Part shown: positions 55,304 to 64,000 of the stretch, one piece after another
Layout: every line of letters begins with the position of its first letter
Numbering within the stretch: the stretch's first letter is position 1
DNA from: the human T2T-CHM13v2.0 reference genome, Homo sapiens
Length of the DNA stretch: 64,000 bases
Reading direction: 5' to 3' (one strand)
Assembly: GCF_009914755.1 (NCBI RefSeq)
Contig: NC_060937.1
The notes under the pieces: generated by a model
What the model saw: only the letters and a program-made list of their open reading frames with translations
What the model was told of the DNA's origin: nothing
Database searches by the model: none
Translations under genes and position numbers: made by a program

Positions 55304-55692
<389 letters not shown>

Positions 55693-56241
55693 CTATTGTA
55701 GTTCCTTTTCTGATGTTCTAATGAGGTTTCATTGTATGTCTGTTACCTAGGATTCTTACACCTTTTAGGAGGAGGCCTAGGTATATTTCTGACTTTGACA
55801 GCTGTGCGTGACACACAGTAATATTTGGTAAATGGTTTGGAAGTGCTTAATGTTTCCTTTATCATTTTTTATTTCTGTGTATATTGTTCTACTTACTGGA
55901 CTAGTGATCAGTTTTAGATAATTAAAAATAATTTGTCATTTATGTGTTTGGGCTCAGACCTGCCATGGAAAAGATGATAAAGATATTGATAGCATTAATA
56001 AAGAGCAAATTGAATAACATTTTGACCTCATTTGAATGGGCAAGGGAAAAGAATTGTTTTTGAAAAGAAGCATCTGAAAATACTATAGTTGTTTTGCAGT
56101 AGTGTTAAAAACCAGCTATATCAAATTTGTATTTGGTTCGGATATGTATATATGTATGTGCACATATATGTAACACAGGATTATTTTTCTTAGACATTGC
56201 TAGTAACATTTGAAAAAATGACTTTTTTGGTCATATTTTAG

Positions 56242-56347
56242 TGCTCTTATTAAACAAGTGAACAAATCAATAGATGGAACAGCAGATGATGAAGATGAGG
56301 GTGTTCCAACTGATCAAGCCATCAGAGCAGGTCTTGAACTGCTTAAG
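56242..56347 (+). CDS. PDS5B: PDS5B exon 18 (ALIKQVNK...GLELLK)
   Basis: attttag| acceptor; 106 nt; AAG|gtaagt donor. Confidence 0.97.
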
Positions 56348-57160
56348 GTAAGTATCTATTTAAAATTAAGTGCCTAATTAGATATCTGTTTAACATATAC
56401 AGTTTATATTATTTGTTCTTGATGTTTTCTTCTTAAGTTTGTATAATCCAAAGTAAAATTTTCTCAGTTGTTTTAGATGATTTAGAAGTTGTATATTTAT
56501 TCTTACATGTAATCTGATTATTTTGGGGTTTAAATGCTGTAATCTAGCCTAGTACTAATTATATTAAAATAGTGGAGTATAATTCAGGGTGTCATTAGTG
56601 AGCAAAGAAGGTACAACTCTGCTGTAGAATGAGCCAAATTCTTTCTAAAACTCTTATTTTTTTTTGTTTCATAAAATATTCTGTCTTTTACTGATTGTAA
56701 AAATATTAATTCATTATTGACAACTTTAGAATATATAAAATTATAAAAAACATAGGTTGATCATACATAAACATTAGTTTCTTTTGTTTCCTTTTAATCT
56801 TCAACAAATGCATAGTTGGGATCATTGAGATCAAACTGAATATACAATTTTGTATCCTTAACTATTTTCCCTTATTAAAGTATAAGCATTTTTCTCGGTG
56901 TTTTTCAAGAGTTTTTTTTTTTAAGAGTGTCTAAAGCAGATCTGGTTTTTGGCTGTCATCTAGTAGCTGTCTGCCTTTGACCACATTACTTGCCTCATTT
57001 CCGCATATGAAATCGAGATAATAATAAAGTACTTGTCTTGCAAAGGACGTTAAAGCTTGTACATGAATTTCTTAGCACCATGCCTAGCTCATAGTAAAAA
57101 TAATAATAAACATTTTTGAAATGGTGATTAGCCCATATTTGGGGCATCATACTATCCTAC

Positions 57161-57666
57161 CGAGGTAGGAGGCAGGACTGGACTCCAGAGGCGGAGCTCA
57201 GATACAGGACCAAATTGAGGACTAGCTAAAACAAGGGCGAGATAGAAGCAGCTTTCCAGAAGACATGCCCACCAATGTGCCTTGTCAGTTTACCATTGCT
57301 ATGGCAATACCCCGGAGTTACTGTCCCTTTCCTTGGCAATGACCTGATGACCCAAAAGCTACTCCCCGTTCCCTAGGAATTTCTGCATAAACTGCCCCTT
57401 AGTCTGTATATAATTAAAAGTAGGTATAAATATTACTGTAAAACTGCCCTGAGCTACAACTCTCTGCACCCTACCTATGGGGTAGTACTGTTCTGCAGAA
57501 GCAGTCATAGAGGTGTATGTAACACCTCCGGAGCAGTAAGACTGCTGCTTCAGTAAAGCTATTTTCTTCTACCCTATCACTGGCTTGCCCTTGAATTCTT
57601 TCCTTGGCAAAGCCAAGAATCCTTGCGGGCTAATCCTCACTTTGGGACTCTCCTTTCTCTGTATCA
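57161..57666 (+). mobile_element. ERV1 (MER4-group) solo LTR, MER41/MER66-like
   Basis: (C/T)GAGGTAGGAGGCAGGACT...TGTATCA; TATAAA, AGTAAA polyA-like signal, ccttgaattctttcct...gccaagaa U5; near-TSD ctac/ctag. Confidence 0.8.
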
Positions 57667-59252
57667 CTAGTATTTTCCTATTGTTGAATATTTTGATTTT
57701 TCTACTTTTATTCTTACAAACAACACTAAGGTGAATGTTTCTATGTAAGATCTCTTGGTAATATCTTATTTTTTAGAAAACTGGGAGAGCATTACTGAGT
57801 TAAAGAGAGTGACCACTTTCAAAATTCTTGGAGCAATATATATTTAAATTGCTGTACAGGGAAATTTTACCGATATATAATCCCATCAGTAGTATGTGAA
57901 GGTACCCGTCTTTTTAACCTTCAAAATATGGAATATAATACATTTTTAAAAGATTTGCGAATCTGATAAGCAAAAATAATGTTTTAATTTGCATATTTAA
58001 TACTAGTGAGGTCCATATGTTAATCATTTGTGTTTTCCCTATGGTCATTTTTATCCTTTGCTCATACATCTACTGACATCTCTATCTTTTGTTTTTTTTT
58101 AAACTGATTTAAATAAGCTTTTTATTTCCTTTGCTTTTTCCTGGGACATATTTGATATATGTACAAACATGTATTCTCTTATATGTAAATTATGAAGTGT
58201 AGTAACCAAGTGAATACAAGTGAAAAGTAAATAGAGTGTCAAATTAAATTGAATATTAAAAATACTGTTCAAGTTCCCTGAGTAGTCTTTTTTCTTGCCT
58301 ACTTACATCCCCTTACCAGGTATCATTGTCCTGAATTTTGGATTTATTATTCTTTCAATATTCTTTATAGTTTTATCATCTATGTATGTATCTCTAAATA
58401 ACATGTTGCTTATTTTGATTATTTTAGAAACTTATAAATGTGGCATTATACTTAGTATATTTTTCTGCTGTGTGCTGTTTTTTTTACATTCCACATTTGA
58501 TTCCTTTTGTTTATTTTATGCTTTAAAAAACCCTATCTTATACAGAGGGTTTTTGTTGTTTTTATTTTTTAAAATCTTAAACACAACCCATCTGAAATTT
58601 ATTTTGAAAGTGTGTTGTGGGGGCAAGGGGTCTAATTTGATTTTCTCCCAATAGCTATTCAGTTTTCCCAGGACTATTTATTTTCTGTTGACTTCTTTGT
58701 AATCTCTTACAATTTATATAATCTAATTTTTTATATATTCTAGAGTCTACTTAACTGCCTTACATTTTCTGTTTCATGATTATTCTAATGTTCGTACCAT
58801 TGTGATTTGGACATTGGAACTTTATAGACTTTTTTACTGTCTGGTCAGTCTAGTTTATTCTCCTCTTCTTCAGTCTCTGCTAATGATGTTTATTGAGAAG
58901 ATGAGAGATGTTTTGTTAAATTCTCTCTTCATGTCCCCTTTTCTCCTCTCATTCCCCACCAAAAAACCTGAACAATAATCAAAATCTAAATTATTTTGAT
59001 TAAAATTATATTAACATGTAATTTAATTTTGGAAGAAATTACTTCATTATATCATACAATCTTCCTACAGAGGAACATTTCTGTTACATAGTTGAGTATG
59101 TTTTAAATTTTATTTATAGTGCTCTCAGATTTTGGTCAACATAATTTTTTTTAATAGACTTTGATTTATAGTATTTCTAATATGTAATATTTTGGATTTG
59201 TATTATAAAGATGAAAAAGTTTTACAAATCATTTTTATGATTCATTTTATAG

Positions 59253-59413
59253 GTACTCTCATTTACACATCCCATCTCATTTCATTCTGCTGAAACATTT
59301 GAATCATTACTGGCTTGTCTGAAAATGGATGATGAAAAAGTAGCAGAAGCTGCACTACAAATTTTCAAAAACACAGGAAGCAAAATTGAAGAGGATTTTC
59401 CACACATCAGATC
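59253..59413 (+). CDS. PDS5B: PDS5B exon 19 (VLSFTHPI...DFPHIR); gene continues beyond the window
   Basis: ttttatag| acceptor; 161 nt; TC|gtgagt donor. Confidence 0.97.
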
Positions 59414-60282
59414 GTGAGTTGAGTTTATTTTCAAAAATATTCTGGACATCAGAAACATAATTATTTCTTGATTTATGCAATAATTGGGAATCTTTCAAGT
59501 TTTGAGGAAAAACTGTCTAGGTTATCTTAAGTCTGTAATGTTCAGTTTAGATTCTCCTTTCCTGGGAGAAAGCTTTGATTGGTATTTTAGAAGATGCATG
59601 AGTGTGGGGGATAAACATGGCATGTCTTTCTGATGCATCAGTTAGATAGTCCCTGGTATATTATGGCATAGAATAAACAATTCATATGAATTTAAGGTAT
59701 GATGGGAAGTTTCAAAGGAATTTCATCAGGACTATCCATAATATTCTTTAGTTTCCTCTGTGATTTAGGGCTGAAACAAAAAAAAGTCGGAAGCAGTGCT
59801 TTAATTGACACAGGCAAGTCGAGAAGCATGGAATACTTACCTTAACAGCAGTGCAATTTTGTCTGTGTTCCAGTATTTCCCATAATTGCAAATTGAGCTG
59901 TTATCCTGGGATAATCATAGTTCAAGATTTTATAATCAGAAGAATAAATCTTCATTTCTTACATGGCACTGCTTACTTCTCTATGTATATCTCTTCTTCT
60001 AGTTCTTGGAGAGAAGATGGAATAGGTGGTTCTGATACTGGCGTAGTCATAGGTGGTTGCTTTCACCTCTACCTCATCACTTCTGGCTTACCCATTAGTC
60101 TGGTTAGTTGTGATTGGGGTACCATGCTTTTATATGGAGAAGAATTGCCTATGGGTCTTTTCCTTAGAAAGAGACTGGGAGTAAAGCTAGCTCGCAATTA
60201 GAGTTTCAGGTATAATTTCTGTTATTCCTTTCTGTTCATGTGTACTTTATTCTAGAAACTGCTGATAAATAGAACAAAGGCA

Positions 60283-60596
<314 letters not shown>

Positions 60597-60685
60597 GGCA
60601 ATTATTTAAATGGTAATAGAAACCTACTAAAATTTTATAACAGTCTCTCTGGCAAGAGTAAGAAACCTTATTATTTGGAACTGAC

Positions 60686-60964
60686 TTGAAGTCTTACTCT
60701 GTCACCCAGGTTAGAGTGCTGTGGCGCAATCTTGGCTCATTGCAGCTTCTGCCTCCCAGGTTCAAGCAATTCTCCTGCCTCAGCCTCCTGAGTAGCTGGA
60801 ATTACAGGCCTGCACCACCACACCTGGCTAATTTTTGTATTTTTAATAGAGACAGGGCTTCACCATGTTGACCAGGCTGGGCTCCAACTCCTGGCCTCAA
60901 GTGATCTGCCTGCTTCCGCCTCCCAAAGTGCTGGGATTACAGGCATGAACCACCGCGCCTGGCC
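60686..60964 (-). mobile_element. Alu lacking an A tail
   Basis: reverse-complement Alu flanked by tgactt on both sides. Confidence 0.88.
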
Positions 60965-61149
60965 TTGACTTCTAATTTTTAAGTAATCCCAGAGCATAAG
61001 CTTCCCTTTGGATGGTGCTATGGCTCTCCTAGTCAGATCAGAGATGAGAGTTTGGTTGTATGTATGTGTATGTGTATGTGTGTATTTGTCGCACACACAT
61101 ATGTAGTACGTATACATACCCACTCATTATGTATAAACTGTATATAACA

Positions 61150-61365
61150 GTATACCATTTGCTGAATGCCCACTTACTATACTGTCTCATTTAAACATTG
61201 TAACAATTCAGTGAAGTGCGGTTATTATCCTAGTTTTCCAAATGAGGAATCTAATGTTCAAGTGGTAAATGGACCCAGGTCATACAGCTAGCAAGTGACA
61301 GAGCCAGGATTTGAATTTAGGCCTGTTTGGCTCCAGTGCCTATGGTGCGATATCCATTACAGCAG
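61150..61365. mobile_element. MIR
   Basis: attatcctagttttccaaatgaggaatct...cccaggtcatacagctagcaagtgacagagccaggatttgaa. Confidence 0.8.
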
Positions 61366-63196
61366 TTTCTTTTCTAATTAGAGCATTGACAAAGTTCAAA
61401 TTTGGCTTATTCCCTGGAGGTTTTATTATTTTCATTCTAGATTGTTTTTCCCTAGTAACTTTTATATTTTAAAGAAACATGGTTTGATATATTTGTAGAA
61501 CCACAAGAACAGGGTCAAAAGGTGGACATTTTAAAATGTACATGGAGCATTTTAAAATGTATTGCTTTAATATGGAACTGAAGTATTTAAAATATTTGAT
61601 TTATATACTGAATATATTTCAGATACTTCTCATGAGGAGAATTAACTCAGCTGATACTGAATTCCTGCAGTGTGCACACACTGTTGTTGATGAAATAACT
61701 CATAATAATTTCTTCCAGGAGATAAACTATGTATGTAGATTTAATTTTTTAAATTATTAAATTGGGTGAGTTGATTTTGAGGAAAAATAATATAGTTAAG
61801 AGAATGTTGATTAAACTGTCTTCCCTTGAATTCATCAAAATAATTAAAAAGAACCTAAAGAAAAATGTATCTAAGTAAAGCTACCACCAACTGGACAGAA
61901 TTGGCACCAGATGTGCCATTAAGACTCTATTGAAAGTGAGAGCACTGACAAGGGATATGTATTGGCAGTGTACTGTAAGTGTCCTATTATTTGCTAATTT
62001 AGAGGGAGGATATTGCTATATGGACACACTTTAAGAGAAAGAAAGAAAACCTGATTTTAGCTGTACTAGGACTAAAGGAGAGGCTTTGTGGTCATAGTAT
62101 TTTTCTTTAGGTCAACCTGTTTACCAGGAAGAGCAAAGTTTAGTGATGAGGTAAGACTAAGGAAAATCATGAAGGAAATATCTTTTTACCAACTTTACGG
62201 GAACAGAAGAAAATTATACGCTTAACCCATTAAACAAAAAATGAAGATGAGTTATGGGGTTCCATAACGATGAGTTATATGAGTTCCATTGTGTCTCAGC
62301 TTGTCTCTCAGGAGTCTGACTCCCCTAAAAGTAGTTAGATGTGCCAAAACTGAGGATCCTGTCATAACATGTGATGTACCCATAGCTCAAGTGACTGGTT
62401 CTTATCCTTGTAAGAGTTTTAACAAATTTGGAGATAAATTACACAGAGAAAAAGGACTTACTACCTTTAGTCCTAACTCTCATTCCTATGCTACTTAGCC
62501 AGGTGATGAAGCAACTGTAGCCTGAGTTGGGAGCTTTGATGTTAATTTTTTAAAGAAGTGTTCAGTCATCCGGGAGATGCTAACTATACTTTTGTTTAAA
62601 TAGCAAAGCCAGAGAGAATTTTTCTTATTCAAAGATGAATTAACAGAATACAGATAAGCAAGTTAACAAACACAAAACCTATGTAAATATCTTAGCATTC
62701 CAAAGTAACTGATAAGCAATACTTAAATAACTGTCTTAGTTATTTAAGCTGCCAAGGAAGGTAAACAGCAAATGACATGAGAGAAAAAAGATAACAAAAA
62801 TGAAGTAATACATGAAAAAGAGCTAAGGATATTGACTATAGAATATAATTTAATATAAGTAGCAAGGAGCAGAATAAACAATGTGGAAGATGGAATCAGT
62901 AAGCTAGAGATTTGGCTTGAGGAAATCTGCATAGAATATAGAGAAATTGGAGAGAAAAAATGGAGTTAAAGGGAATGAATTGCAGATAGTGAAAAACCAT
63001 AATTGACATCTTTGGAGAAGACAGTAGAATAATGGGAAATGGAAAATATTCAAGAAAATAATAATAAATTTGTTCTGAATGATTTAAAATATGAATCTGG
63101 AGGTGAAGACTCATTTTTGGAAAATATACTGGTGCAGTTTGCTAAATTTTCAGGGATTGCAAAAGTGATTTCACAAATATCAAGAAAAACTAGTTA

Positions 63197-64000
63197 TATC
63201 GGGGAACCTGCCCCGATAATCATGTAGGTTCTTTTCTATTTTTCCTAAGCGGCGGCCGGCTTGAGAAATAAAGGGACAGAGTACAAAAGAGAGAAATTTT
63301 AAAGCTGGGCATCCAGGGGAGACATCACAAATTGGTAGGATCCGTGATGCCCCACAAGCCACAAAAACCAGCAAGTTTTTATTAGAGATTTTCAAAAGGG
63401 GAGGGAGTGTGTGAATAGGTGTGGGTGACAGACATCAAGTACTTAACAGGGTAATAGAATATCACAAGGCAAGTGGAGGCAGGATGAGATCACAGGACCA
63501 CAGGACAGAGGCAAAATTAAAATTGCTAATGAAGTTTCGGGCACCATTGTCACTGATAACATCTAATCAGGAGACAGTGTTTTGAGATCAACCGGTCTGA
63601 CCAAAATTTATTAGGCGGGAATTTCCTCTTCCTAATAAGCCTCACAGGACCACAGGACTGAGGCGAAATTAAAATTGCTAATGAAGTTTTGGGCACCATT
63701 GTCATTGATAACATCTTATCAGGAGACAGGGTTTTGAGATCAACCGGTCTGACCAAAATTTATTAGGCAGGAATTTCCTCTTCCTAATAAGCCTAGGAGC
63801 GCTATGGGAGACTGGAGTCTGTTTTAGCTCTGCAGCCTCAACCATAAGAGACAGGCGCACCTGGGGGGGCTGTTTATAAGCCTATACCTCCAGGTGCGTA
63901 TTCTCTTTCTCAGGGATGTTCCATGCTGAGAAAAAGAATTCAGCGATATTTCTCCCATTTGCTTTTGAAAGAAGAGAAATACGGCTCTGTTATGCCTGGC
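63197..64000 (-). mobile_element. MER11 (HERV-K11/HML-8) LTR, runs off the window end
   Basis: tatcggggaacctgccccgata...gtaggttcttttctattttccta is the reverse complement of the MER11 3' end; CpG-rich body; inserted in an old L1 ORF1-like tract (~62680-63196). Confidence 0.88.
63490..63793. repeat. Tandem duplication, 2 x 152 bp, inside the MER11 LTR
   Basis: tcacaggaccacaggac...cctaataagcc at 63490 and 63642; 7 substitutions between copies. Confidence 0.95.

Noticed and set aside
59245-59258. AG|GT at the start of exon 19 as a recursive site
   Set aside because: The regenerated donor gtactc is poor and is explained by the Val-Leu codons.
59851-60201. 116-aa ORF as a possible retrocopy
   Set aside because: No recognisable parent gene, poly-A tail or TSD; a BLAST search would be needed to revive it.
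63197-63218. Perfect 8-bp inverted repeat tatcgggg/ccccgata
   Set aside because: As I recall, this is an intrinsic feature of the MER11 LTR terminus.

Overview
This is primate, almost certainly human, genomic DNA: AT-rich and dense in Alu and L1. The window holds the 5' half of the cohesin regulator PDS5B (APRIN/AS3) on the + strand. I traced 17 consecutive coding exons (3-19 by my recalled numbering). They total 2015 nt, about aa 37-708, and splice into one uninterrupted reading frame. Intron 3 is a GC-AG intron. The rest is intronic: about 26 Alus, L1PA/PB/MA/ME fragments, three LTRs (MLT2-like, MER41/MER66-like, MER11), MER5/MER47/MER58 DNA transposon relics and a 35-nt U2 snRNA retro-fragment. 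I found no prokaryotic-type system and no new protein-coding gene. The best leads are hidden splicing elements: a structured candidate poison exon in intron 13, a candidate TDP-43-type cryptic exon in intron 10 whose splice junction creates a stop, a hairpin over the exon 17 acceptor, and read-through of the GC donor. Repeat subfamily names are from memory, and every regulatory call is an untested inference.
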